Source: Candidatus Latescibacterota bacterium
GTDB lineage: Bacteria; Latescibacterota; UBA2968
Direction of reading: 5' to 3'
NCBI GenBank assembly: GCA_965198115.1
Contig: OZ240241.1
Location: 4,608,001 to 4,672,000, forward strand
Length of the DNA: 64,000 nt
The notes under the pieces are model-generated. The model worked only from the letters and a program-made list of their open reading frames with translations. It was not told where the DNA came from and searched no databases. A program made the position numbers and the translations under genes. Below, one piece after another: positions 42,803-54,253 of this stretch (positions are counted from its first letter, which is position 1; every line of letters starts with the position of its first letter).

Positions 42803-42829
42803 GGCGTTTGAGGCAAGGAATCCTATCTG

Positions 42830-43654
42830 GTGCGTTCAAATTCCCAATCACTGGAGATCAAGAGTCTCCGCCAGGAATACGACGAAGAGGGCTACGTCAT
42901 CGCCCGTGGCGCAATCGATGTGGGATTGGCGGCAGAAATGATGGACCACGTTCACTGGCTGGGGAAGAAGCACCCTGATATCCGGCCGGAAAGCCTGCAT
43001 CACAACCTGCTGGCGCACGATCCTTTCGTGTGGCGTCTGACCGGTGACGATCGACTCCTCGACATCGCAGAGCAGTTCATCGGTCCGAACATCGCCCTCT
43101 TCGCAGCCCACTACATCGCCAAACCACCCTACGATGGAAAGGCCGTCCAATGGCACCAGGACGGGTCCTACTGGCCCCTCGAGCCCATGGAAGTCACGAC
43201 TCTTTGGGTCGCAGGCACACCTTCAACCGTCGAGAACGGCTGCATGCGAGTCCTCCCGGGCACACAGAACAAGAAACTCCTCAAACGCCGCGAGATGATC
43301 GAGCTGGATAAGAATAAATTCGTGCTCGGCGTCGGCATCCGCCCTCAGGACATCGATGATTCCGACGCCTTCGACCTCGAACTCGACGCGGGTGACATCT
43401 CCATCCACAACCCCCGGATCATCCACGGCTCGAACGCGAACACCTCCGATACGTGGCGTGTCGGGTTGACCCTTCGATACATCCCAACCACCACGTGGGA
43501 CAAAGATCCGGACCGTCAGAACCTGCTCCTCCGCGGCGAGGCCGTTCCGGAAGTGGACAACACCTATACCGAGCGACCTGAATTCATCCCCGGTAAACAC
43601 ATGCCTTTCGCAGGTTGTGAACACTGGAACGTCCCTGCCCCACCCCAGACTTGA
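42830..43654 (+). CDS. PhyH family dioxygenase
   Basis: WHQDGSYW, ENGCMRVLPG, HGS..N...R. Confidence 0.93.
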   Translation: MRSNSQSLEIKSLRQEYDEEGYVIARGAIDVGLAAEMMDHVHWLGKKHPDIRPESLHHNLLAHDPFVWRLTGDDRLLDIAEQFIGPNIALFAAHYIAKPPYDGKAVQWHQDGSYWPLEPMEVTTLWVAGTPSTVENGCMRVLPGTQNKKLLKRREMIELDKNKFVLGVGIRPQDIDDSDAFDLELDAGDISIHNPRIIHGSNANTSDTWRVGLTLRYIPTTTWDKDPDRQNLLLRGEAVPEVDNTYTERPEFIPGKHMPFAGCEHWNVPAPPQT

Positions 43655-43778
43655 TCCGTGGCTCCCCAGCCAATCCCCGAATAGGGCCCCGATCCTGCCT
43701 TACGCACCTCTCCGTGTCCTCAGTGGCCGTCTTTGACTCTCGTGCACTCCCTCTCGTGTCATCAGAAGGAGCATAGAA

Positions 43779-44057
43779 ATGTACCGCAACATCCGAACCC
43801 TCTTTAACTTCGAGCCCGTCGCGACCGAGGAAGAAATAGAAGCCGCCGCACTGCAGTACGTTCGCAAGGTCAGCGGATTCACAAAGCCATCGCAGGCGAA
43901 CGATTCCGCTTTCAACGATGCGATCGAAGCCATCGCCGCGGTCACGCGTGACCTGGTGGGCAGTCTCACCACCTCAACTCCGCCGAAGGATCGCGAAGAA
44001 GAGGCCGCCAAGGCAAAGGCACGCACCGCCAAGCGCTACGCAAAATTGGCTTCGTGA
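43779..44057 (+). CDS. DUF2277 family protein
   Basis: RNIRTLFNFEP.AT.EEI.AAALQYVRKVSG. Confidence 0.9.
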   Translation: MYRNIRTLFNFEPVATEEEIEAAALQYVRKVSGFTKPSQANDSAFNDAIEAIAAVTRDLVGSLTTSTPPKDREEEAAKAKARTAKRYAKLAS

Positions 44058-44060
44058 TAA

Positions 44061-44767
44061 TTGCCTGAAGACTTTCTCGAGGTCCACCTCGACACATCGT
44101 GGGTATGCGATGCGTCCGGCAACCTTCTCTCTCCTCTAACGAGCCAGCGAAGCGTCACAGGAGGCCTGCACCCCCGTATGTTCTGACCTGGTCTGACGAT
44201 CGCTGGATCCACCGCTTCAGACCTGATGTGCCTACCTCGATTCGAGAGAGCGTGTCCGAACTGGTAAAGAAACACTGGCCGTTCGCAGATCCGACCTCTC
44301 CCATCCCCTTTTCGCTCACGCGGAGCCATCTGAGCCCCGTTCAGGCGAATCTTTCAAAGATCGTTTCGGGCCCGGCCTATCACATACCGGAGTCAGCGGG
44401 ATCGCCCTCGAATGTCGTGATTCTCTCGCACGACAATGTCCAGAAGCTCTGTGCGGATACCTACCCGACCGTACACGAGGACGTGGATGACGAATACCCC
44501 TGCGTGGCCAAAGTGGTCGACGGCAAGGCCGTCAGCATGTGCACGACTGTCCGCCGATCTCCGCGCGCAGCGGAAGCGGGTGTCGAAACCCTCGACGCTT
44601 ACCGGGGTAACGGCTTCGCCCGGGATGTCACGAACGCGTGGGCGAAAACCATCCTGGCCGAAGGAAGAACTGCCCTCTACAGCACCTTTTGGGATAATCA
44701 GGCATCACAACGCGTGGCGGAGAAGCTTGGCGCCGTCCAGTACGCTTCCGACTTTCGCCTATCCTGA
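44061..44767 (+). CDS. GNAT family N-acetyltransferase (frameshift near 44130)
   Basis: AEAGVET...YRG.G.A, YST..DN.AS.RVAEKLG. Confidence 0.85.
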
Positions 44768-44921
44768 CCCAAATACAAGGCATCCCTCCCACTTGGTGCG
44801 CGTCGCCTCAACTTCCATTATCTTGTGCCTCACGTGAAATGGATTGAGCGGGATCCACGCAGAATGCCAGCCCGGGCGGCTGCGCGTGGCAGCGCTCGGA
44901 TCAATACTGATGGAGGGAATT

Positions 44922-45983
44922 ATGGCAGACGAAATTGGATTTGGAGTGCTCGGGTTGGGAATGGGAAAGGGTCACTGCCGTTCGGTGACCGAAGCGGCCG
45001 GCGCAAAACTCGTGGCGGCCTGTGAGACCGACGCCGAGCGGCTCGATCCCATCGTCGAAGAATACGGCTGCAAGGGCTACACCAGCTACGACGAAATGCT
45101 CCAGGACGACGAGATACAGGCCGTCAACGTCACAGTTGAGTCGGGCAAGCACGCCGAGATGGCCATCAAAGCCGCCGAAGCCGGCAAGCACATCATCCTC
45201 GAGAAGCCCGCCGACATCACGACCGACAAAGTCGACAAACTGATCGCCACGGTCAGAGATTGCAAAGTCAAAGTCGGATGCATCTTCCAGGCCAGAACCG
45301 ACGACCTCAACATCGCCATCAAGGAAGTCATCGACACCAAACGGATCGGGAAACTGATCGGTGTCCACGGACATCTCCCGTGGTTTCGGGCCCAGAGCTA
45401 CTACGAAGGCCCACACGGATCGTGGAAGGGCACGTGGGACCTAGATGGCGGCGGCTCGCTCATGAATCAGGGCGTCCACACCGTCGACCTCATTCAATGG
45501 CTCGGCGGCGGCGTAGCCTCCGTGATGGGGATGTATGGCGTGTTCGGCCACGACATCGAAGCCGAAGACCAAACGGTCGCGCTTCTGAAATTCAAGAACG
45601 GCGCGCTCGGCACCATCTACACAACGACCTGCTGCTATCCCGGATACGATCAGCTCATCACCATCTATGGCTCCGAAGGCTCTCTCATGAAAGATGCCTC
45701 CAAGCTCATCGGCTGGCGCATGCGGGGCGAGAACGAAGATGCCGAGGAGCAGGAAATGATGGCAAAGTTCGGCCCCCAGGATGAAAAGGCGGTGAGCGTC
45801 TCGGCTGACCCGACCGCCGTCAAACCCAAGGGCCATACCCTCATCATCCAGGACCTCGTCGAAGCGATTCGCGACGACCGCGATCCATTGATTCAGCTCG
45901 AATCGGCACGCGCACCAGTCGCCGTCATCAACGCCATCTTCGAATCCAGTCGCACGGGACGCGAGGTTAAAGTCGAAGGGTAA
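44922..45983 (+). CDS. Gfo/Idh/MocA oxidoreductase
   Basis: GVLGLGMG, GKHIILEKP, GGGSLMNQGVH..D. Confidence 0.95.
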   Translation: MADEIGFGVLGLGMGKGHCRSVTEAAGAKLVAACETDAERLDPIVEEYGCKGYTSYDEMLQDDEIQAVNVTVESGKHAEMAIKAAEAGKHIILEKPADITTDKVDKLIATVRDCKVKVGCIFQARTDDLNIAIKEVIDTKRIGKLIGVHGHLPWFRAQSYYEGPHGSWKGTWDLDGGGSLMNQGVHTVDLIQWLGGGVASVMGMYGVFGHDIEAEDQTVALLKFKNGALGTIYTTTCCYPGYDQLITIYGSEGSLMKDASKLIGWRMRGENEDAEEQEMMAKFGPQDEKAVSVSADPTAVKPKGHTLIIQDLVEAIRDDRDPLIQLESARAPVAVINAIFESSRTGREVKVEG

Positions 45984-46106
45984 CGGCACGCGCGAACTTT
46001 GCAAGCATCGAGGGCCTCGATCGATCGATCGGGGCCCTTGTTCTACCCTACGCGAGTGACCGCCTTTCCTGACAACTGACCGCTGACGATTGGTAACTTT
46101 TTCGAC

Positions 46107-47078
46107 ATGCCGACCTACACCTGGGAACGCATCACCGACCATGCCGGATTCGCCCCTCGGGACGGCGCGGGCGCCCTCGTCTTCGCCGGAAAGATGTGGC
46201 TCATAGGGGGATGGAATCCAGACGACAAGGATCACTTCCCCCGCATCTGCACGAACGACATCTGGTGTTCGGAGGACGAGAGCGATTGGACGTGCGTCAA
46301 ACCGAACACCTTTGGGACCGACGCGTTCGATCGTGAGACAGATTGGGAGGGACGTCACACCGCGGGCTATGTGGTCCACGACAACCGAATGTGGATCGTC
46401 GGAGGGGATGCGAATCAGGGGCATTATCAAAACGACGTCTGGTCGTCCAGAGACGGCATCACCTGGACCCGTGAACTCGATCCCGTCCCTTGGGGACCTC
46501 GTGGGCTCCACTACACAGTCGCACACGAGGGCCAGATCTGGGTCCTCGGCGGCCAGACAGTACCTCAGTTCGCCCCTGCGATCGAGGCGTTCTACGCCGA
46601 CATCTGGCAGTCACCCGACGGGATCAACTGGCAGGAAATCGAACGGAACGAACCCGCGTGGACACCGAGGGGTATGATCGGCGGATCCGCCGTCAAAGAC
46701 GGCTGAATCTGGCTCGGAGGCGGCACCTACGACACGCCCCGGCGACCCGATCGCCGATTCTACAGCGAAGTCTGGAGTTCGGCCAACGGTGTCGATTGGC
46801 GACGTCACGTGGAAGAGGCCCCGTGGCACCCACGTCAGTATCACGAAGTCGCCGTCTACGATGACCGGCTGTGGGTCCTGGAAGGGTATCACAAAGAGAG
46901 TGGCAACCGAAACGACGTCTGGCACTCTGGGAACGGCGTCGACTGGCAAGAGGTTTCGGACACGCCCTGGGCGCCACGACACGCGGCGAGCGTCTTCGTG
47001 TTCGACGACGTCCTCTGGATGGTCACCGGCAACAACATGGAAAGCGATGTCTGGCGCCTGACCCGATCCGGTGGATAA
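46107..47078 (+). pseudogene. Kelch-repeat beta-propeller protein with in-frame TGA at 46704-46706
   Basis: Repeats W..GG....DVW.S.DG..W....PW.PR; both ORF halves are in the same frame. Confidence 0.85.
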
Positions 47079-47230
47079 TGCCGCTCACCTTCTGACCATC
47101 TTCCCAACCCGGCAACGCTTTCCTCTTCGCCCCCCCAGAACTATCTTTGGACCTCAAGTCTTGGTGACACCAAAGTATCCCCCTCACTGCCCCCAGTGGC
47201 GCAGTTGGTTTTTCAAGAGAAAGCTCAAGC

Positions 47231-48082
47231 ATGGACCAACGCTGTCTCGACCACCAGTTGACCGAAGAGGAAGCCGCCCAATTCAAGCAGAACGGGCACT
47301 TCATGATCGAAAACGTGCTCGAGTCCGACCACGTCGCCCGACTCGTCGAGATCGTCGACCGCGTCGATAAAGAGGAACGCGCTCGCTTGGGGCACGATGC
47401 ACTCGAGCGCATCAACCACTACGACTTTATTGGGAAGGATGACGCGTTCCTCGAGCTGCTCGACTGGTATAAGACCTTCCCCAAGATCTGGGGCATCTTG
47501 GGGTGGCATGTCCAGCTCTACCACACGCACATGACCTACACGCCGCCCGAGCCCGAGGGGTCGTCCCTCGAAAAAGACGGTCTGGGTCTCGGCTGGCATC
47601 AGGATAGCGGACAGATCAACCAGGACTTCGAGAACGATCCACGACCGATGGTATCTCTGAAGATCGGTTTCTTCCTCACCGACACATCCATCCCGGGTCG
47701 TGGAAACTTTTTTGTTGCCCCTGGGAGTCAACTGCGCAACGAATTCCCCGGGGAGGATCGCAAGCAGCCTGTCGATGGCGCAACACCGGTACTCGCCCCG
47801 GCGGGTTCGGCCGTCTTCTTCGATCGACGGATCTGGCATTCGGCCAGCTCAAACTACTGGACTCAGCCACGTCGTGTTCTCTTTTTCGGCTACTCGTATC
47901 GATGGCTCCGCCCACGCGACGACATGACGGTCGACCATTACCTCGACCGCTGCGATCCCATCCAACAGCAACTCCTTGGTGTCACGCATTCCGGCGGTCG
48001 AGGTTACACATCGCCCCAGCCGGACGATGTTCCACTCAGAGCCTGGCTCGAGGAGCATGTAGGCGAAGAAGCTACGGCATAA
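47231..48082 (+). CDS. PhyH family dioxygenase
   Basis: WHQDSG, FFDRRIWHS. Confidence 0.93.
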   Translation: MDQRCLDHQLTEEEAAQFKQNGHFMIENVLESDHVARLVEIVDRVDKEERARLGHDALERINHYDFIGKDDAFLELLDWYKTFPKIWGILGWHVQLYHTHMTYTPPEPEGSSLEKDGLGLGWHQDSGQINQDFENDPRPMVSLKIGFFLTDTSIPGRGNFFVAPGSQLRNEFPGEDRKQPVDGATPVLAPAGSAVFFDRRIWHSASSNYWTQPRRVLFFGYSYRWLRPRDDMTVDHYLDRCDPIQQQLLGVTHSGGRGYTSPQPDDVPLRAWLEEHVGEEATA

Positions 48083-48166
48083 AGCTGCAGAGGAGCAGGG
48101 GGCAGGGAGCCGGGGAGCGTGTCGTGTCGTTTCGTCCCGCTCCTGCTTAAAAGAGGGATGCAAGCA

Positions 48167-49021
48167 ATGGATGAACGTTGTCTGGACCACTTGCTGACGG
48201 AAGAAGAAGAAATTCGCTTCAAGCGGGACGGATACTTCACGATCGAGGACGTGCTGCCTGGCGAACTGATCGACGAGCTGATTCCCGTGGTCGACCGTGT
48301 CGACGGCGAGTACCGCAAGGAAACCGATGCGGGCCCGAACGATCGCACGAACCTGCTCGACTTTATCGGACGCGACGAAGCTTACGTTCAGTTAATCGAC
48401 TGGTACAAGACCTTTCCGAAAGTATGGGGTCTGATGGGCTGGCACATCCAGCTCTACCACACGCATCAGATCGTCACGCCGAGAGAACCCGAAGGGAAAA
48501 CGTTCGAGAAAGATGGACCGGGCGTCGGGTTTCACCAGGACAGTGGCCGCCTCAACACCGATATGGAAACCGAACCTCGCCCCATGGTTTCCCTCAAGTG
48601 CGCCTTCGTCCTCAGCGACACCTCTGAACCCGGGCGAGGAAACTTCACGTGCATCCCTGGAAGCCAGTTGTGGAACAGCTTTCCCGGAGACGACCGAAAA
48701 GCGATTCCCGACGGTGGAGCCCAGATCTGCGCGCCTAGAGGATCGGCCATCTTCTTCGACCGTCGCATCTGGCACTCAGGCAGCGCGAACTACTACGACG
48801 ATCCTCGCCGCGTCCTCTTCTACGGCTACTCCTACCGCTGGCTAAGACCCCGCGATGACATGACGGTAGACCACTACCTCGACCGATGCGATCCCATCCA
48901 GCAGCAGCTTCTCGGGGTGAGTCACACGGGTGGGCACGGCTACACATCGCCCAAACCCGAAGACGTCCCCCTCAAAGCCTGGATCGAAGAACATCTCGGC
49001 GAGGAAGCGGTTGTAGCATAG
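48167..49021 (+). CDS. PhyH family dioxygenase, tandem paralog of 47231
   Basis: FHQDSG, FFDRRIWHS; shares YSYRWLRPRDDMTVDHYLDRCDPIQQQLLGV exactly. Confidence 0.93.
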   Translation: MDERCLDHLLTEEEEIRFKRDGYFTIEDVLPGELIDELIPVVDRVDGEYRKETDAGPNDRTNLLDFIGRDEAYVQLIDWYKTFPKVWGLMGWHIQLYHTHQIVTPREPEGKTFEKDGPGVGFHQDSGRLNTDMETEPRPMVSLKCAFVLSDTSEPGRGNFTCIPGSQLWNSFPGDDRKAIPDGGAQICAPRGSAIFFDRRIWHSGSANYYDDPRRVLFYGYSYRWLRPRDDMTVDHYLDRCDPIQQQLLGVSHTGGHGYTSPKPEDVPLKAWIEEHLGEEAVVA

Positions 49022-49055
49022 ATCCTACTCTTTATGGCACGGAGATAGTTGACGC

Positions 49056-49876
49056 GTGATCAAGCTGTGTTACATCACGGGCGAGATGTCCGATGACCTC
49101 GACGAGGCACTCAGGCTGGGTGTCGAAGCCGGAGTAGACACTGTTCAGCTACGAAAGGGGTTATTCGGGAAAAACATCGATCAGCTCGAAGACGACGACA
49201 TCCCGCGGGTAAAGGATGTGATGGCCAAGTATGGTGTTCGTGTCGGGATGCTCCTGCCGCCCTTCGCGAAATGCGACATCGAAGACACGGAGACGGTCTC
49301 TCTGCAACACGACATCTTCGTTCGCACGGTGGAAATCGCACACGCCCTCGATACGGACCTGGTCCGAGCGTTTCCGTTTCAGTCCGAAACGGGCGAACGT
49401 TGGAAACCGCCTCCTCTCGAACACTACCTGGATCGCATCGTAGAAAACCTGATACCCTCCGTCAGACACGCCGAAGCCGAAGGCATCACGATGTGTATGG
49501 AAGTCAACGGAGGAACGATCGGTGTCACCGAAGAACACACACGGCAAGTCATCGACGCGTTGGGGTCGAGAGCGGTCAATGCCATCTGGGAGATCGACTC
49601 CGGCTCACACCTGGGGTTGCCACCGACTCGAGGATACCAGCACTTGAAAGGCCTGATCCGCGACGTCCACGTCAAGGTGAATACAAAGGGTGAACTCGAT
49701 CCCATCTGGGACACCGGGGAGACACACGCGGACGTGGTTCGGTGCCTCGCTGAGGTGACTACGACGGAATGATGACCATCGAGCATTGGTTCAACCAAGA
49801 AGGCACCCTCAAAGGTCTCCGTCAGCTGGGTGACGTCTTGTCTCAAGCCCAGGTATTGGCTGCCTCAGATTCCTAA
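49056..49876 (+). CDS. Sugar phosphate isomerase/epimerase (xylose isomerase-like TIM barrel), frameshift near 49750
   Basis: E, HVK and TIEHW metal-site motifs; paralog of the next gene. Confidence 0.8.
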
Positions 49877-49907
49877 ATGACTCGGTGGTCCACGTAAGGA
49901 GCAAAGT

Positions 49908-50693
49908 GTGATACCCGCATACATTACGAGTGAAATGTCCGATGACTTCGAAGAAGCCCTTCGTCTGGGTGCTGAAGCAGGCATCACGACCGTCCACCTT
50001 CGCAAGGGCTTGTTCGGAAAGGACATCGAGCAGGTGGGGCAGGAAGAGATCGACCGCGTTCAAACAACGCTCGCCAAGTTCGGAATGAACATTGGCGTGC
50101 TGATGCCCCCTTTCGGAAAGTGCGACATCACCAACGCGGAGATCGTCAAAGAGCACCACGAGATATTCGCTCGGATGGTTGACATCGCTCAAGCCTTCAA
50201 CACGCGGCTCATCCGCTGCTTCCCTTTCACCGGTGTCGAGCCAGAGGAATTCGATAGCCAACTCAACCGAATCGCGGACAACCTACGCCCGGCAGTGGAA
50301 CGCGCCGAGGATGCAGGGGTCCTGATGCGCTTCGAAGTCGTCGATAACACAAGCGGTCGAACCGCCGCGCACACGCGCCGTGTCGTGGATGCGCTCGACT
50401 CGAACGCGGTCGCCGCGATATGGGAATTGATGACCGGCTCCAATGCGGGCGAAACACCGTCGCAGGGCTATCCTCATCTGCGGGGTTTGATTCGAGACAT
50501 TCATATCAAGCCGAACGCCAGCGGCACGATGGACCCACTCGTCAACACGAGCGAGTCCCTTTCCGACGTCATTTCCTCACTTTCCGATGACGGTTACGCC
50601 GGCATGCTCACCATCGAGCATTGGCACGGCACGGAGGGCACCCTCGATGGGCTCCAAATCCTGAGTGAAGCCTTGGAGCAAGTCCAGGTCTGA
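49908..50693 (+). CDS. Sugar phosphate isomerase/epimerase family
   Basis: LIRCFPF, DIHIK, GY.GMLTIEHW. Confidence 0.85.
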   Translation: MIPAYITSEMSDDFEEALRLGAEAGITTVHLRKGLFGKDIEQVGQEEIDRVQTTLAKFGMNIGVLMPPFGKCDITNAEIVKEHHEIFARMVDIAQAFNTRLIRCFPFTGVEPEEFDSQLNRIADNLRPAVERAEDAGVLMRFEVVDNTSGRTAAHTRRVVDALDSNAVAAIWELMTGSNAGETPSQGYPHLRGLIRDIHIKPNASGTMDPLVNTSESLSDVISSLSDDGYAGMLTIEHWHGTEGTLDGLQILSEALEQVQV

Positions 50694-50696
50694 ACC

Positions 50697-51194
50697 ATGC
50701 CCACGGTCGAACTCCTGGAAGCCTACGCCGACGCCTTCAACCGTCACGACATCGACGCGATCATGAACGCGATGACAACAAACACGGTCTTCATCCCATC
50801 CAGCGACACGCGGATCGGAAGTCACGACGCCGTGCGTGACACCTTCTCGGACATCTTCGCTTCCTACCCGGACGCCAAATGGTCTGATGCCGTTCATTCT
50901 GTCAGCGGAAACCGGGGAATCTCCGAGTGGATGATGACGGGCACCGATGTGGACGACGGTTCCACCATCGAGGTGCGCGGGTGCGACATCTTCACCTTTG
51001 AGGGTGACCTGATCGCCGTCAAAGACTCCTACCTCAAGTCCCCCGAACCCTCCACCACCTACCCGGGTTCACACCAAGTTTCTTCCCGACTCAGGCCTCG
51101 TTCCGAGGGGTATCCACGCCCTCAGTGTCCTCAGTGGCTGATCTGCCTTTATGATACTCGCCTGCAACGCGATGATGCGAGATCCCGCCAATAG
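50697..51194 (+). CDS. SnoaL-like/NTF2 family protein (tail after KDSYLK may be read-through)
   Basis: DAFNRHDIDAIM, G.SEW...GT, VRGCDIFTF....I..KDSY.K. Confidence 0.85.
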   Translation: MPTVELLEAYADAFNRHDIDAIMNAMTTNTVFIPSSDTRIGSHDAVRDTFSDIFASYPDAKWSDAVHSVSGNRGISEWMMTGTDVDDGSTIEVRGCDIFTFEGDLIAVKDSYLKSPEPSTTYPGSHQVSSRLRPRSEGYPRPQCPQWLICLYDTRLQRDDARSRQ

Positions 51195-52026
51195 GGAGCG
51201 GTGGCTCCCGGTCGAGACATTGATCGACCAGGTGAACGATCTCGGCTTTGACGCCATCGACTTCCAACTCGAACGAGGGTTTGCATCACACGATACGGCC
51301 TATCTGGAATCGATCAGGAGGAAGTGCGAGGACTTCGATCTTCCGATCGGCTTCTTCGGGGTCGGCGGCGGCTTCGTCGGTACGAAAGTAAATGACGAGG
51401 GACATCCCGTCGGCATCCCACTCGGCACCGAAGAGATGGACCATCGCATAGAGGAGGCGAAATCTGCAATCGAAGCGTGCACGATCGTCGGAGTGCCCTT
51501 GATTCGATTGTTCGCCGGCGGAATTCCGGAAAGGAGCGAGGACCGAGACCAGCTATGGCAGGATCAGATCGACGCCGTAAGGACACTCTGCGACTACGGG
51601 AGCACACGCGGGGTCAAGGTCGGACTCCACAATCACCCACCCGCTATCGCTCCGACCGGCGACGACATTCTCAGGTGGATCGCGGACGTCGATCACGAAT
51701 ACCTGACCCACATCCTCGACACGGGGCAATGGTATGGGTCGCCGGGGACGAACCTTGACGGCAATACGATTCCCGGCGTCGACTTCTACGGTTTCATGGA
51801 GCAAACAGTCGCACACACAACCTATGTCCGCACGAAGATCTACAAGATCGACTCCGGCGTAGAAGAGTGGTTGGACTATCCCCGCATTGCGAAGATCATC
51901 CTCGATGCCGGCTATGATGGTGTCATCTCCATCGTCTTCGAAGATCGCAATAACAGCTGTGACTATCTGGAATGCTGGAAACTTGGCGCCGCCCACCTAC
52001 GCAAGTGCTTCGACCTCACGTCCTGA
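51151..52026 (+). CDS. Sugar phosphate isomerase/epimerase family
   Basis: LIRLFAG, GLHNH, LDTGQW, LDYPRI...GYDG.ISI.FE. Confidence 0.85.
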   Translation: MILACNAMMRDPANRERWLPVETLIDQVNDLGFDAIDFQLERGFASHDTAYLESIRRKCEDFDLPIGFFGVGGGFVGTKVNDEGHPVGIPLGTEEMDHRIEEAKSAIEACTIVGVPLIRLFAGGIPERSEDRDQLWQDQIDAVRTLCDYGSTRGVKVGLHNHPPAIAPTGDDILRWIADVDHEYLTHILDTGQWYGSPGTNLDGNTIPGVDFYGFMEQTVAHTTYVRTKIYKIDSGVEEWLDYPRIAKIILDAGYDGVISIVFEDRNNSCDYLECWKLGAAHLRKCFDLTS

Positions 52027-52070
52027 TCACTCCCACGCCGATCCGGCTGATCCTGTAACTGGAAATCGCC

Positions 52071-53522
52071 ATGGCACCAGCGGAATCACGCCCGAACATT
52101 CTCCTGTTCATCACTGACGGTCAGCAAGCACGCACGCTTTCGCCCAACAGCGACTGTCTCACACCGACGATCGATGCCCTCATACAACGCGGGGTGCACC
52201 TCACGGGCGTCCACACTCCCCTCCCCACTTGCTCCCCTGCTCGCGCGAGTCTGATGACGGGGCTCCTGCCGCACAACCACGGTGTCCTCGAGGTCGAGCA
52301 CGGCGTCGACGACGATCAGTGCGTCCTCCGCGATCAGCATCCGCATTGGGCGCAGCGGCTGTCGGAATCGGGCTACGCCACAGCCTATTTCGGCAAGTGG
52401 CACGTCGAGCGTACGAATGAGCTCGATCGGTTCGGCTGGGACACGTTCGAAGCAAAGGGCCGGGCGACCCACGCGAACGCGTCGCAGAAGGGCCTGAATG
52501 TCGATGATACCCTGGACCCATCAACCGTCTATCTGTACCAGGGTCTGGACGGCTACAACGACACGCTTAAATACGCGGTAACCGACGCGCCGCCGGAGGA
52601 GCGCCAGATCGGTCATCCAGCGAACCTGGCTTGTGAATGGCTGAAGGATGCCCCCACTGACCAGCCCTGGTGCTGCGTGGCCAGCCATTACGAACCGAAC
52701 GAAGCCCTCATCGTCGGCCGCGAAGCTTACGAGCAGTATGACGTTGGGTCGATCGCGCTACCCGAGAACCTGCACGACGAGATGGGCGACAAACCTGCCA
52801 TCTATCGTCGTGACCAGCAAATCTGGAAAGACTTCACCGAAGAGCAATGGCGGGAGACCCTGGCGTGCTACTACGGGCGCATCACGGAGCTGGATGCACA
52901 GATCGCTCGCATCCTCGATGTGCTCGATGCAACGGACCAACTCGACAACACGATCGTTATCTTCACGTCGGACCACGGACGCTACGTCGGTGGCCACGGG
53001 CTCGAAGCCCATAACTTCGGCGCCTTCGAAGAGATCTACGCCATCCCGATGGTCGTTGCCGGTCCCGGGCTCGCCGCAGGCGTTGCAACCGATGCACGAG
53101 TTGGATTCCACGACCTCTGCCCTACGGTCCTCGAACTCGTGGGTCTAGAGCCGTTTGATGCGCCCGACTCCAAGTCCTTCGCCGATCTGCTGCGGGATCC
53201 GACTCAGGCTGCACAGAACCACCGCGAAGGATACGCCGAATACCACGGCACCCGATTCCGCCTAACCCAGCGGATTCTCTGGCAGGATGAATGGAAGTTC
53301 GTCTTCAACGGCTTCGATTTCGATGAACTCTATAACCTGCACGACGATCCATGGGAGATGACCAATCTCGCCTCGCTCCCTGAACAGGCAGGCCGGGTGA
53401 GTCGGATGATGACGGGAATCTGGCGCCGCATGCACGAAACCGGGGATACGACGATCCTGAACACGCACTATCACTCGATGCGATTTGCCGCTGTCGGTCC
53501 GAACCTCGGATCTGTTGACTAG
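52071..53522 (+). CDS. Sulfatase (formylglycine-dependent)
   Basis: RPNILLFITD, CSPARASLMTG, GKWH, FTSDHG, ELYNL..DP.E..NL. Confidence 0.95.
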   Translation: MAPAESRPNILLFITDGQQARTLSPNSDCLTPTIDALIQRGVHLTGVHTPLPTCSPARASLMTGLLPHNHGVLEVEHGVDDDQCVLRDQHPHWAQRLSESGYATAYFGKWHVERTNELDRFGWDTFEAKGRATHANASQKGLNVDDTLDPSTVYLYQGLDGYNDTLKYAVTDAPPEERQIGHPANLACEWLKDAPTDQPWCCVASHYEPNEALIVGREAYEQYDVGSIALPENLHDEMGDKPAIYRRDQQIWKDFTEEQWRETLACYYGRITELDAQIARILDVLDATDQLDNTIVIFTSDHGRYVGGHGLEAHNFGAFEEIYAIPMVVAGPGLAAGVATDARVGFHDLCPTVLELVGLEPFDAPDSKSFADLLRDPTQAAQNHREGYAEYHGTRFRLTQRILWQDEWKFVFNGFDFDELYNLHDDPWEMTNLASLPEQAGRVSRMMTGIWRRMHETGDTTILNTHYHSMRFAAVGPNLGSVD

Positions 53523-53712
53523 TGGGCTGTTACGAAAGTAGTACTGGACTTTTGCTGCCAGACTGAGCGGCGTCAGTTCGAGCGTAGTCGAGAACACGCC
53601 CGTTACGAATCGCGAATAGGGACCTCTCGACGGAGTTCATCCTGAGCCTGACGAAGGGCTCGAAGTGACCCTGCTCTTCTGATTTTAAAGGGCGATTAAC
53701 GTAACAGCCCAC
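53522..53712. mobile_element. IS630-type MITE (191 bp)
   Basis: Perfect 13-bp TIR GTGGGCTGTTACG/CGTAACAGCCCAC flanked by TA within CTAG; non-coding. Confidence 0.8.
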
Positions 53713-54253
53713 TAGTGTCACGTCCCGCGTATAAGCTTCAAAAGTTTATGGACTTTCTCGAGGATTGAATCTGCCGTGGCGGTCCAGACGAAGGGTGTAG
53801 AATTCTCGTTGTAGTGATCAGTGAATTTCTTGATGCAGGCGATCAGGTCCTTGACGCTTCTGAAGGTGCCTCGTCGAATGGCTCTTTGGGTGATGATACC
53901 GAACCAGATCTCTACCTGGTTCAGCCAGGAGGCATATGTTGGTGTGTAGTGCACGTGATATCGTTTCCGTGAGGCGAGCCAACGCTTGACGTTCGGGTGC
54001 TTGTGCGTGCCGTAATTATCGACGACCAGATGGATGTCGAGATCCTTTGGGACGTTCTTGTCGATGTGCTTGAGGAACTGAAGGAACTCTTTGTTGCGGT
54101 GTCTGGGCTTGCACTGAGTCAGAACTTTGCCGGATGCGATGTTGAGCGCTGCAAAGAGGGTGGTCGTGCCGTTCCGGATATAGCTGTGAGTGACGCCCTC
54201 GACGTATCCGAGACCCAAAGGAAGAATCGGTTGTGTCCGTTCGAGTGCTTGAA

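Noticed and set aside
46704-46706. Selenocysteine or recoded TGA
   Set aside because: The position corresponds to Arg/Lys in sibling repeats, not Cys; TGA is used as a normal stop throughout the window
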